A DNA stretch of 63,991 nucleotides, the filler included, from Lenisia limosa (taxonomy: Eukaryota > Protista > Breviatea), in assembly GCA_001655205.1 (NCBI GenBank). It is 15 parts of 15 records of this genome, joined end to end, with 100 filler letters (N's around TTAATTAATTAA, not from the genome) between each part and the next. Parts side by side here need not be neighbours in the genome. Positions count along the whole stretch, not along the records: positions 14,188 to 25,925 come from LPNZ01009163.1; positions 26,026 to 29,675 come from LPNZ01003204.1; positions 29,776 to 31,003 come from LPNZ01001974.1; positions 31,104 to 33,679 come from LPNZ01008689.1; positions 33,780 to 35,198 come from LPNZ01001351.1; positions 35,299 to 37,128 come from LPNZ01005668.1; positions 37,229 to 41,837 come from LPNZ01007553.1; 8 more parts are not named here. One strand, 5' to 3'. The translations under genes were made by a program, and so were the position numbers. Shown here in pieces: positions 25,799-37,330 of the stretch. Within the stretch, counting starts at the first letter, position 1; the number at the start of each line of letters is the position of its first letter. The notes under the pieces were generated by a model that was given only the letters and a program-made list of their open reading frames with translations, was not told where the DNA came from and searched no databases.

Positions 25799-25925
25799 CT
25801 ACTCGTCATCCCAACTATCTTCCTCATCATCATCATCGGGAAGGGGCTTGGCATGGTACACCTTTGCTGCCACTTCTTCGTCATCTCCATCGGAATCATC
25901 GGAATCTTCACCCTCACGGTCTGGC
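25799..25925 (-). CDS. C-terminal acidic tail with conserved Trp (..DDDDEEDSWDDE*), WASP/SCAR/WASH-type A-motif-like; gene truncated by scaffold end
   Basis: Direct translation PDREGEDSDDSDGDDEEVAAKVYHAKPLPDDDDEEDSWDDE*, TAG at 25799-25801. Confidence 0.5.
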
Positions 25926-26060
25926 NNNNNNNNNNNNNNNNNNNNNNNNNNNNNNNNNNNNNNNNNNNNTTAATTAATTAANNNNNNNNNNNNNNNNNNN
26001 NNNNNNNNNNNNNNNNNNNNNNNNNACATGAATATTCCATATTTACACCCCCCCCTCCAC

Positions 26061-29000
26061 TTTCTGCTCCTCAAGGTACAGCTCCTTGAGTTGGAGCTCC
26101 TCAGATTGACGGGCAGCCACATCAAAGGCATTTTCCCTAAAGGGGGGGGGGGTAATTGGACAATTTATGAAATATAGTAATACTATATGCAAATACATAG
26201 AGTATAGAATATATAAAAAAGAAGCCCAAATCAAATCTGCTGATAAGTGAAACACACGGGGGGGTTCACTAAGCCAAAAAAGGTATTTCTCGAAATATTC
26301 AGTCTTTTTCTGGAGCCGAGAGGAACTCCAGCAAAGAAAGAGGTCAGAGCGATCGATTATTCGTTCATGAGTCCAAATAGGGCTTCGCTTCGGTCCAAAA
26401 AAGACCGTCAAAATATCGGTAGTTTTTGAGGATTTATCGAGAAACCCAGTCTTTTTCCGAACCGAAGTGAAGCCCTAAGTCCAAGGCTGTCACACCAATC
26501 CTTGCTCTAATGTCAGGCTCAGTTTGGATCCCTCTTTGCAGCAGTATATTCAACGCCAATCTCAGTGGTGCCCCTTAAATATCCCAGTAAATTTCCAGGA
26601 AATGCAGCTTCTCCCCATGACCTTTGGAAATGGAGAAATTCTTTATTCAGCCCCCGCCTACCCTCCAATGATGAGCTTGTCTTCCATTTCCTTGAGGCGC
26701 GTTTCCAAGTCATTGACGTTCGTCTGAAGAGTTATATATAAGGTACTGAGGTGTATTTGTTTCCCTTGTCCTGTATTCAATAATTATATATTTTCGTAAA
26801 GAAAGAGTAACCCCCTCTTCAGCCATTCGTTGTTTTTCATTAACTTGGGGCTTTTTTGCATCATAAATCGCCACATACCTGAGCCATTTCAAGCTCCTTC
26901 TCCTTCTCAGCAAGGTCCTGAAGTCGCTGCTCCTTCTCTTCAGCCTTCAGGTTGGTCTGGGCCTTCAGAGCTTGGATCTGCGCATCTCGTTCGGCCTATG
27001 GCTTAAAAACGGAAAATATAACAAAGTTGGGAGGGGGTTGTGGAAAATTTATGAAAAAGTCACATCAGAACATCACCCACACTTTCAAACGAATAAACAC
27101 ACAGATTTTCAAACGAATAAACACACACTTTAAAACTAATAAACACACAAACCTTGAGACGAATGACTTCCTCGGAATCTTCCTCATCAGACTCTTCTTC
27201 TTCCTCCTCGCTTCCGCTCACTTCTACTTCCTACAATTGATAAGCAGGGTGGGCGTAAAAATTAAAATCATGAGGATGAAAATGGTAATTTGAACTGTTA
27301 GTGTCTTTATCTCTGGGGCTTCATTGAATATATCGTAATTTGAACTGTTATTATGTATCTCAAGGGCTTCATCGGAATATACATGTAGTACATCATGTGG
27401 TATCCCTAAGTATTCTAATGTTTCCTAGATTTATTTGATATATTTTCTTGCACTACAAAATATATCGACATCAGTCGTTTTCTGGATTGGAGCGAATCCT
27501 CGAAAACTATCGATATTTTACTGTAACTTTCGAACCCTGGTTTCATCGAAATATATCGTTGATATCGAGAATTCCAGTTCTTTTCTGGGTCAGAGCAATT
27601 CGCATCGCCCTCCCCAGGAATATTCAGTTACATACCTCTTCAATTTCCTCCTCGGTTCCATCTTCACGCACAACCTTGACTTTCTTGATCTTTTTTACCT
27701 GGATGGGAGTAAAAATGAAAAATTTGTGAAATAATAATAATAAAAAAACCTGGGTGGGGGGGGGGGGGNNNNNNNNNNNNNNNNNNNNNNNNNNNNNNNN
27801 NNNNNNNNNNNNNNNNNNNNNNNNNNNNNNNNNNNNNNNNNNNNNNNNNNNNNNNNNNNNNNNNNNNNNNNNNNNNNNNNNNNNNNNNNNNNNNNNNNNN
27901 NNNNNNNNNNNNNNCCTTTTTCAGCTTCTTCTCCTTCTTCTTCAGGCCACCACCGTCCTTACGTTTCTGCAGCTTATTTTTGAGGGCGTTGATTTCCTCC
28001 TGGAACTTACGCAGCATTGCGTCCTATCACGGAGATTATTTGGAAACAAGAAATAGTATTACATACCGATAAAAATATAACTATAAGATATGAAACATCA
28101 AATAAACAAGATAGGTTTTGCCACTTCGAGAGATAAGTCCTGACATGGATATTGTGCCATATCACTGTCTGTGTATGTCTAAGGTATGTGTCTGTTAGGC
28201 TGAGAACAAGGTTTCATATGTCCTTGATTATTTACGCTCATCTTTAGACTAATAAGAGCATTTCATAGATAGGTTCATAAACACATGATATGCGCCAAGC
28301 CTGAATATAACCTGATGCCTGATGCCACCCACTTTTGGATCTTCATTGATTTTGGCATTGTTTTTGATGTTTTTGGCTCGATTCGCGTACCTAAGGGAGT
28401 AAAGCAGTATTGTAGTATCTCTTTGAAGGAAGAAAAACACTCTACTACCAGAATCGAATAAAAAGAGGGTTCCCAGAGATCCTCGTGATTATAATACTAA
28501 GCTCCGTGCAATTAATTGGTAATTAATTGCAAGGTGCCCTAATAATGAGGGATAATAAGGGATATGAGGAAGAAGTGAAGAAGAGAGACTGGAGTCCCTC
28601 TGATTTAAGACAAGTTAGCTGATTAGTTTTATTCTGGGATATGTACTGACTGGGATGCTCAATGAAAGCGAGCACCCCAACAATAAGGCTTCCATGCAGT
28701 CCGAAAAAGTCTGTTTAAATATCGATATTTATCGAGGATTTATCTGGAGATTCGGTATTTTTTCGAACCGAAGTGAAGCCCTACCCATCGCAAATACAAA
28801 ATCAAGGGCTTTCATCCGGTATGAAAAATCCCAATTCAATCTCAACAGTTTTAGGATTTATTGAGAAATCATGATATTTGACAGAAACCCCACCACGAAC
28901 CTGAGGGTGGAGATTGTTTCGGAGTAGTTGTATCCCGCGGGTCCAGCGTTGGCAACCATTGCCGTCTTACTGTTTCCTCCTAAGGAATCTAGGGGGGGGG

Positions 29001-29353
29001 GTAAAACAAAGGAAATTTCGATGAAGAAAAAACATTGGCGTATAGTTACTAATCACGAACGGATGGTGTGTACATGTACTTTGGGATTTACTTGGGTTCG
29101 AAAAATAACGGTAACATATCGATAGTTTTCGGGGATTTATCGAGAAATTCAGTCTTTTTTGACCGAAGTGAAGCCCTACATATATTGTGATCAAGAAATA
29201 GCCCCCCCCCCTCCGCCAACCCTGAAGCAGTCTGGTGAGTTTGGAGTCACGGTAAGGGATGTGCTTTGATTTGCCGTCCACAAGGGCGCTGATGACGTTG
29301 CCGAGAGCACTCAAGGACAGGTTGATTTTGATGCCCTCCTTCGCTCTTTGGCC
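26061..29353 (-). CDS. KIF3: Kinesin-2 motor subunit (KIF3/FLA10-like), C-terminal motor and stalk, partial at both ends
   Basis: Spliced [39 protein letters not shown]|[30 protein letters not shown]|[19 protein letters not shown]|[23 protein letters not shown]|ENAFD.., typical of kinesin-2. Confidence 0.92.
26378..26477. mobile_element. MITE family A (hAT-like, TIR TAGGGCTTCACTTCGG.., about 100 bp)
   Basis: About 28-bp TIRs. Flanks agtccaaa / agtccaag are a 7/8 match for an 8-bp TSD. Inside a kinesin intron. Confidence 0.85.
28684..28783. mobile_element. MITE A/B-type copy in kinesin intron
   Basis: B-like left end (taaggcttccatgcagtccgaaaaag) and A-type right end (gaaccgaagtgaagcccta). 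Confidence 0.7.
29081..29178. mobile_element. MITE family A in kinesin intron
   Basis: Core atatcgatagttttcg..gatttatcgagaaattcagtctttt..ccgaagtgaagcccta. Flanks catgtact / catatatt (6/8). Confidence 0.8.
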
Positions 29354-29370
29354 CTTCATTCGTTAGTGTG

Positions 29371-29512
29371 TACAGTGACTCGGATATGTCTTGACCTATA
29401 TTCTTATTTTCCTTGGGAAATTATGTACAGTAACGGGATAAGTCTTGACCGATTTTCCTTTTTTTCCTTGGGAAATCATATACAGCGACTAAGATAAGTC
29501 TTGACCGATTTT
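29371..29512. mobile_element. Head-to-tail cluster of three partial MITE family C left arms
   Basis: ta-cagtgac..gata(a/t)gtcttgacc..ttttccttgggaaat repeated at about 29371, 29416 and 29481. Confidence 0.75.
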
Positions 29513-29775
29513 CCTTGGTAAATCACATACTGTACATAATAAAGGTATAAGAGGATGAATGGGAGTTGAGAGGATAGAATAATGGAGGGAAAAAATTGTA
29601 ATAAGGGGGACTCTCTCTATAAATATATCAGATGTAAGTAATGGGAAATAAAAAAACAAGGTTGTATCTGGCCGANNNNNNNNNNNNNNNNNNNNNNNNN
29701 NNNNNNNNNNNNNNNNNNNTTAATTAATTAANNNNNNNNNNNNNNNNNNNNNNNNNNNNNNNNNNNNNNNNNNNN

Positions 29776-30655
29776 TCACGTCTATTGCTTTCTTGGATGT
29801 ATATTGCCCACTTCAACTCTGGGGTCTCCTGTACTGCTGGTTGTTGTCATTAGGGCTTCACTTTGGTAGAATAATACCGTTAAAATATCGATAATTTTCG
29901 AAGATTTTTCGAGAAATTCAGTCTTTGTTACGTGATAGCGTAGATGCGTCATAAGGAAGAGGATTTGTCATAATAGGGATGCAATGAATATAGCAATGAG
30001 AAATAATAATATAAAAAAAAGGGGTCTGACGCCGATCGTCCGCACCATATCGCTCAGAGAATATATTAATTCACCCAATCATTTGCCTTACTCTGCAGCT
30101 TTCAGCATGCCTCCACCATTAGTCATAATAGGGATGGAGTTGGATAATAGGGATGAAGGATTGGTTTCGGTCAAACGGGTGGATGGTTTTGGGATTCCCT
30201 ACGGGACTGAATCCTCGATGAATCCTCGATATATGGATATTTGACCGGTCTTTTTCGGACCGTAGGGAAGCCTGTAACAATAAATGGGGAGTGGAAAAAG
30301 ATGCGCCGGATACTCAACTGCATCAAAGATTACCATATAACTGACCATACATATGCCATTAGAGTCGAGGCGCTTGAATAAAACCCGTGTGTAGCTCAGG
30401 CCTATTTGGTCAGGAGGGGAATGAGCAACAAATGGTTAGTTAATGAGTTACCTCCTCACCTGTTTATTCTTTTTTGTTTGGAGTTTCAGATTATTCGGTT
30501 CGCGATTCTTTACGCCAATATTCTTCATTGAAATTTCCTTCGTTTACCCCACCCCCCCCTCACTCATCATCCGAGAACAGTATTGACACGAGACCATCGG
30601 TATTGAAGTCGTAGAGAATTCCGATGAGGTAGATGGGCAGGGTGTAGAACGCTCG
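29776..30655 (-). CDS. Hypothetical protein exons (partial)
   Basis: RAFYTLPIYLIGILYDFNTDGLVSILFSDDE|GLSYTRVLFKRLDSNGI with clean splice sites. The + strand has stops in all frames here. Confidence 0.5.
29851..29928. mobile_element. MITE family A, right end decayed
   Basis: tagggcttcactttggt..aaaatatcgataattttcgaagatttttcgagaaattcagtcttt. Confidence 0.7.
30190..30273. mobile_element. MITE family B (TIR TAGGGCTTCCCTACGGTCC..)
   Basis: gggattccctacgg..gaccggtctttttcggaccgtagggaagcc. Confidence 0.7.
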
Positions 30656-30767
30656 CTGCCAATTGTCAGATTGATGACTTTCTATGGCTTATTCAACGAC
30701 TGGATCATATGTATATGATATATTCATGTATGGTCACCTATATGTAAATAGATAGTATATATATATA

Positions 30768-30998
30768 TTGGGAGGCACGCAAAGCTGTACACACAGTAAA
30801 TGATTGGGTGAATTAATATTACACTATAATCCAGTATCTCTTATAAGTTGTAATGATAAACAAAACAATAAGGTTGTATCTGGACGAAGCCGTCCACACC
30901 ATCACGCTAATAAGAGATATTGGATTATAGTATAATACTAATTCACCCAGTCATTTGCCTAACAACTCTGTGTACAGTGCTTTCTGCGTGCCTCCCCA
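30768..30998. mobile_element. MITE family D, about 230 bp with about 80-bp TIRs
   Basis: Left arm tgggaggcacgcaaagctgtacacac..tgggtgaattaatattacactataatccagtatctcttataag is inverted in the right arm 30909-30998. Central aaggttgtatctggacgaagccgtccacaccatcacg. Partial copies near 29658, 30060, 33980, 43985, 53030, 58485, 59280, 62330 and 63660. Confidence 0.8.
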
Positions 30999-31107
30999 GC
31001 ATANNNNNNNNNNNNNNNNNNNNNNNNNNNNNNNNNNNNNNNNNNNNTTAATTAATTAANNNNNNNNNNNNNNNNNNNNNNNNNNNNNNNNNNNNNNNNN
31101 NNNGCAG

Positions 31108-32746
31108 TTGCGTGGACCTTAGTCTGCAGAAGTTCAGCAGCAACGTCATTGAAAACGCCCTCCAAACCGCTCCGTCCGTACTCAAATCGGCCATTATTAG
31201 TGTGTAGGGCTTCACTTCAGTTCAAAAAATACTGGTAAATTATCGATAGTTTTCGAGGATTGTCGGGAATTTGAGGCTTTTTCGAACCAAAATGAAGCCC
31301 TATTAGTAGGTTTTTTTTTTTATTGAATCGGCCATAATTAGGGAGGGTTGCTAAAATCGGTTATTGTTAGNNNNNNNNNNNNNNNNNNNNNNNNNNNNNN
31401 NNNNNNNNNNNNNNNNNNNNNNNNNNNNNNNNNNNNNNNNNNNNNNNNNNNNNNNNNNNNNNNNNNNNNNNNNNNNNNNNNNNNNNNNNNNNNNNNNNNN
31501 NNNNNNNNNAATCATAACATTTGCTCTGTTGCTTCCAAAACAGCTGCTTTTATAACAGTAAATCAAAATCACACAGGTTGCGCTCGGTTTTCGGTTTCAT
31601 TCGTGGTTTATCCGAGCCAGTTTTAACAGCACCAAACACCGTGTAGCAATATTATTAAGTATCTTAGATATTTTAATTAGCCCTGCTCTTGGCCTTTCTC
31701 TAACCCCCCGCAGCCGAGCTAACCAACGCTCCCACCCTTGCCGGTCTCCTCCAGCATCGCTATGCCAACTTTGTGATTCAAAGTGCCCTCGCAGTGGCTG
31801 TTGGCCAGGAACGGCAGGACCTGAGTGGGGAGTGGGGGTAACTGTATGTGTGGTAATGGGGGTCTTTGTTTGATACCCAATGCCAGGTTTAATGAACTGC
31901 ACGTGATTAACACCATTGTTCCTCCTGATTTAATTTATTATACTCTACTATCATATTATGATATGTATGCTTGCACTCAAAAAACGTGACCCCTTCAGCT
32001 GCCGCGATTCAGCCTCACATGCACCTTTTACGCTCAACGCCACAAGGTGCGTGCAGGGGATTGCGGAATATATTTTGTTGCACAGTCTCTACTGTAACTA
32101 GGATCATAAAGATCCAGCACAGATAAAGTAGAGCTGTCACGATAATTCAGATTTTATAATTACCATATTAGACCGATGTTTAACTTTTCTTGCCTTATCT
32201 GGCAAGCCCTATCCTTTCTTTCAATATATTTAAGCAAGCCCTATTCCACTCACCATTACCCTATTGCCCTTTATCCCACTTACCATATTAGGCAAGCGCA
32301 TTCAAGCCCGCCTCCAAGGCATCACCAACCCCCACTCCGGCGGCGGACAACAGTGGCAGCAGCAGGGGCAGGGGCAGATGTACGACAACCAGCACGCTGC
32401 GCGCGGACATGGGGGACACAACCACCACCAGCAGCACCAGCAGGGGAATTACGGTAAGGCCCCCCACCTTTGTTTAAATCATTTGTTGCTCTTTTTGTTG
32501 CTTAGTTTGAGATTATTCGGTTCGTGATTAGTATCGTGTCGCACAAATTCGTATCGAAATTCCGTTCGTTTACCCCCTTCATATTTTTCCAAATTTTCTT
32601 CGTCTTNNNNNNNNNNNNNNNNNNNNNNNNNNNNNNNNNNNNNNNNNNNNNNNNNNNNNNNNNNNNNNNNNNNNNNNNNNNNNNNNNNNNNNNNNNNNNN
32701 NNNNNNNNNNCAAGTACCCTACAATCACCTTGGTGAATACTATTAA
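31108..32746 (+). CDS. Pumilio/PUF RNA-binding protein, repeats 7-8 and Q/G/H-rich C-terminal tail (partial)
   Basis: CVDLSLQKFSSNVIENAL (repeat 7), LAGLLQHRYANFVIQSALAV (repeat 8), IQPHMHLLRSTPQ|GKRIQARL, then a low-complexity tail. TAA at 32744-32746. Confidence 0.88.
31205..31302. mobile_element. MITE family A in PUF intron
   Basis: Both TIRs present. Flanks ttagtgtg / ttagtagg (6/8). Confidence 0.8.
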
Positions 32747-33853
32747 CGTGTATATTTGTTTATTAGTTGTAAGATTTGTTGTACACTGTGCATAGCTGTT
32801 TTTGTTGTACTGCTTGTGTTATAATATAATTGTGCGATAAAACAGGGATCCTTCCCATCCTTAATAATCCTTGATGATGAACTGAGTTATGACCTAATGG
32901 CAAAATAGGAGGAATTACAACGAGATAAAAATTGTAGGTGAAACTGATGTGAATCTCAGAATGATTGGGGTAACATCAAGCAAATGACTTGCAAACAAGT
33001 TATGAGACAATTATGAACATATGATTGCAATATGATTCATGATTTTTGTCATGATAAATGGTATTGGTTTGAGGCTCAGAAAATATTTTCGGACCTGTAA
33101 AATTTGGTCCGGTTAATTCCCCTTTTATCTTGGTTTTCTCCTGAATCAACCCCTGCTTTGTTGCTCTTTTAGTTATTTGCGTATAAGGAGCAGAAGCGCA
33201 CTTCTTTTCAGCATAACTGATCCTGTTTTTTTTGGCATCTTCCCTCCTGAAAGCCTCCACGTTGACGCGCTTGCCTCTAATAAACTTATAAAGCTGCGCT
33301 CTGCTTGCAACAATTGCTTCCTTTATGATGGCATGGGTCCCCTTCTTCATAGGTTTGATGATCCTACGACTTTTTTTCAACGATCTACTTTATTTTTACT
33401 CTCAATTGGTGCCTCATATCAACTTGTATGATCATTGATTAGAAATGGAACTCTGATACACGCGTGATGAAACCTCATTCAGTTAGTCCACTAAGCATAG
33501 CACTCTCCATATCGAATATTTTCAGCCCCATCCAAAATACTCCGTTTCATATTTTCTAACTTCACTCCCTCCCGTTGTTTTTGTTTGATCATCGAAGTTT
33601 CCTTCGTTTTACCCTCCAGGCTTCATCTTTATCCATTGCCACGCGATCCTACCTCTTCTTGATGAGTCCACCGTTACAANNNNNNNNNNNNNNNNNNNNN
33701 NNNNNNNNNNNNNNNNNNNNNNNTTAATTAATTAANNNNNNNNNNNNNNNNNNNNNNNNNNNNNNNNNNNNNNNNNNNNAATCTACAGTATATATATCCT
33801 AATATCCCAACAGACCAGCTTTCATTTCCCGGTTTTACCTGGCTTACATATAG

Positions 33854-34961
33854 GGAGTCCCTCATGCCTACCATGCCCTTGGTGTGATCTACAAGAACGG
33901 ACAGGGTGCTGAAAAAAACGTCACGAAAGGTGTGAAGGCTGTCTGGGAGAAAATCGAATGGAGAAACGGGAAATAGTTGACCGAAGCCGTCCACACCTTT
34001 TTATCTGATATACAGTGTATATATCTTATTTAACAATGTCAGGCTTCCCTACGATCAAAAAAGACCTTATCTTTTAAATAATCCTCGGTAAATATCGATG
34101 GTCTTTTTCGGACCGCAGGGAAGGCCTATGTTTATCATATCGTATAATATGATATGCAACATGTTTTCTGACCTTTTTAGCTGATATTGTTTGCATGCTT
34201 TCTGACCTTTTTAGCGCTAATGTATTTCCGCAAGTCAGCCAAGGCCCATAATTCGGATTCGATGGTGGAAGCAGGCAAAATCCTTCTCAGTGCGAGGACT
34301 TTATTTTTTTATTTTTTTTTGAAGAGAACCCCCAAAAACAAACAACCTTGACTATCCTAACGTGTTTTTGCATGTATTACTTCATCTTAGAGTTTTTCAG
34401 CATATTTTCTCGTTACTTGTAGTTTTATCTTTTTACAATACCTGCCGTCTTTTCTTTTAGTTTTACGTTATATTATATCAGATTATATGTTCCTATACAA
34501 ATATAATGAGCTTTTTTCCAATACTATACATATAGATATGAATGTCATACATTTGCCTAGATTTCGCCAAATGTTATTTTCCAACCAAGCCTTACCCCCC
34601 AGACGGCGACACTGACATCGCTGCCGACCCCACTGCTGCCTTCCACTTCTTCTCCACCGCGGCAAATGTCCACCACCACCCCCTGGCTATCGCCTTTTTG
34701 GGTATGTTGGCCCTCGTGTTTCTAAAATGTTTTGACAATCGAGATGATTTTGGTTTTTGTTTCATAAATGTCCCATCCCCCCCACCTCTTCCAAAGGCAA
34801 ATGAGGAAAATAACCTGACGATTTCCGCATAATGCTCTTTTTGGAGTTCGGTTGAAATACATAAAAGTGTTCAATACTGCTGTCCATTGCTCTTTGTTCG
34901 TAGTAACACTTGCGCAGGAGAGCTCTATTTGAAGGGAATTGGCGTGTCGAAGTCTTGTCAT
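33854..34961 (+). CDS. SEL1-like repeat protein (SEL1L/Hrd3-like), partial
   Basis: GVPHAYHALGVIYKNGQGAEKNVTK; SAKAHNSDSMVEAGKILL|NGDTDIAADPTAAFHFFSTAANVHHHPLAIAFL|GELYLKGIGVSKSCH. These are Sel1 repeats, and G.GV..SC matches SEL1L/Hrd3. Confidence 0.8.
34040..34128. mobile_element. MITE family B in SEL1 intron
   Basis: caggcttccctacgatcaaaaaagacc..ggtctttttcggaccgcagggaaggccta. Confidence 0.7.
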
Positions 34962-35305
34962 GTGGGTGTACGCTATCTCCGAAGGGTATGATGGGGTACT
35001 CTAGATTGTCGGGGTGCTACAGGGCATGATGGCGTACTCTAGATGGTGCATAAAATATGATATAATATTTTTAATAATATAATATAATATAGTAGTATAT
35101 ATCATATATACTATATTGTATCATATATACATGTAATATATACATATAGTATCATATATGATATATATAATATGTATGTTTATGCTAGAATATATTGANN
35201 NNNNNNNNNNNNNNNNNNNNNNNNNNNNNNNNNNNNNNNNNNTTAATTAATTAANNNNNNNNNNNNNNNNNNNNNNNNNNNNNNNNNNNNNNNNNNNNCA
35301 TTAAG

Positions 35306-37012
35306 CCGTTGCAGGACGTTGTGAAGGCCAAAAGTCTTCGAGTTGTCCTTGGTGTCACGTTGGCTGTCGGAAACTATCTCAATGGAGGTGAGTCCCTCAA
35401 GAACTATTGAGTAAAGCTAAAACAACAAACATTTACCAATTCCTGATATATGGGCTTACCCCTCCCCCCAGGTTCAGCACGAGGACAGGCGGACGGTTTT
35501 GACCTCAACACCCTGGACAAGCTTGGAGACCTCAAGTCTTGTCTGCTGCTTTGGGCTGGAGATATCTTTTCCGTTGTTTTGTCGTTTTTTTGTTTCCAAA
35601 CGTTTTGTAGCATTTTGGGATATTTTAATTTTATAAATTATCACCCCTCTGACCGTTCAGCGGACGGGAGCCATACACTCCTCCAACATGTCGTGGAATT
35701 GGTCAACAGGAAACACAAGGAGGGCCTTCGGGTATGGGGGTACAGCAACATCGGTGACAATTCAAAAAAAGACTGAATATCTCGATAAATCCTCGAAAGC
35801 TATCATTATTTTTTCGAGTTTTTTCTAACCGAAGTGAAGCCCAAGTGACAAGGAAGAGATAGCTGGTCCTCCAATGACCACTGATATAATTACCATATCA
35901 TATCATACATATGTTATTGTGTGGTTGTTTCTGATTGTTTTGTCACAAACTTTCTCTCACGAATTAGTTAAAGGAAGACCTCGGCCGCTGCACAGAGGCT
36001 TCTCGAGTGTCCCTTGACGAGCTTAGGGGGGACTTCAACAGGTTGCAGAATGGTGTCAAAAGTTGGGGGGGTTCATGCAGTGACCGGGATAAGTTTTGAC
36101 CGATTTGCTATGTGATTTCCCAAGGATAATAGGTCAAGACTTATCCCGGTCACTGTATCTCATACCTGAAACAATATCTCATGTTGACACTCTCCATTCA
36201 TCCCCTCAGCCCTGGAGAAAAACGTTGAAGCCGTGGCCTCTTTGGACAACAAGTTCAAGGAAACATTTGCTCCCTTTGTGGAGGACGGTACGATTGGGCT
36301 TCACTTCGGTTCAAAAAAAGACTGAATTTCTCGATAAATCCCCGTAAGCTATCGATATTTTACTGGTATTGTTCGAACCGAAGTGAAGCCCTAATGGTGC
36401 GATGGATCTTTTTGGGACAACTCTGAGCGCTATGACTGCAAGTCATTTGATTGGATTGGGGGTCGGAAAGCCCACTACATAGTCGATTTTTATTAGTGAT
36501 TCATCATGCTACACAGATACATACTATATAAAACTGTTTAAGTTGTCCTTTCTCTACTATGATAATCGAGGATTGAGCCAGCTCTGTATTCTGCTCCACT
36601 GATTCTGTTGCAGTTCTGAACCGCCAAGCCAACTTGGACAAGGAGTTTGAGGAGACCACAAAAGCCTTCCACTCGGCCCTCGAGTATTTCGCATTAAAAC
36701 GTGGGAGGGGGGGCTTTTCCTCGCCTAACGCGTGTTTCTATTAATTGTGCTCCTATCAAGATGAATTTCGTTAAACCCCCATCTGGCCTTACTCACTTAT
36801 GTAGCTAACGAAATCAAATCCACGACCCCAGCCACCTTCTTCCTGACCCTCGGCAAGTTCTCTACTCACTTCGTCGCCACCAAGGCTGCGTATGTGGAGT
36901 GCTTGCTTTGTTTTGTTTAAACAACTTCCTCAACCAGAGTTGATTTTGGGTTGTTGCTTGTTTCATATAGTTTCGCTTTTGACCCTTTACCTTCAGACGT
37001 TCATCATCGCGC
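35306..37012 (+). CDS. Formin, C-terminal half of FH2 domain (partial)
   Basis: Spliced LRVVLGVTLAVGNYLNG|GSARGQADGFDLNTLDKLGDLKS|SDGSHTLLQHVVELV..FHSALEYF..PATFFLTLGKF, with the FH2 GNYLN and TLL motifs. Confidence 0.92.
35755..35843. mobile_element. MITE family A (left end decayed) in formin intron
   Basis: aaaaaagactgaatatctcgataaatcctcgaaagctatc..aaccgaagtgaagccc. Confidence 0.7.
36078..36155. mobile_element. MITE family C, 78 bp (TIR CAGTGACCGGGATAAGT.TTGACC), TA-type flanks
   Basis: cagtgaccgggataagttttgacc..ggtcaagacttatcccggtcactg|ta. Other copies at 42312-42388, 43127-43192, 63710-63742, and degenerate near 19965. Confidence 0.85.
36294..36393. mobile_element. MITE family A inserted 6 nt after a formin splice donor
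   Basis: Full TIRs. Putative TSD acggtacg (36285-36292, spanning the exon/intron junction) / atggtgcg (36394-36401). Confidence 0.82.
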
Positions 37013-37330
37013 GGTCGTATGAAAGGAGGCAAAAAGATTGGTGGCAACACAGGCAGTGCGGGGGGGGGACCTTATCCTTATCGGGCACATATTTGAAGGG
37101 CTGTCAACAGCTTAATTACATCGTTGTTNNNNNNNNNNNNNNNNNNNNNNNNNNNNNNNNNNNNNNNNNNNNTTAATTAATTAANNNNNNNNNNNNNNNN
37201 NNNNNNNNNNNNNNNNNNNNNNNNNNNNACTAGAGGGACCAATATACTACATGGATAGGATCATGAAGGGAACTAGAGGGACCAATATTAAAACCAACCC
37301 GAACACTAGCCCCCCCCCCCCTTCTCCCAC

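Noticed and set aside
30340-30410. Plus-strand reading VEALE*NPCVAQAYL, again hinting at stop readthrough
   Set aside because: The minus strand gives a clean exon (GLSYTRVLFKRLDSNGI) with canonical splice sites.
33000-33380. 126-aa basic intronless ORF on the minus strand (..IVASRAQLYKFIRGK..), possibly an HTH or transposase N-terminus
   Set aside because: No recognisable family, TIRs or catalytic motif, and a competing + strand ORF overlaps it. Left unassigned.
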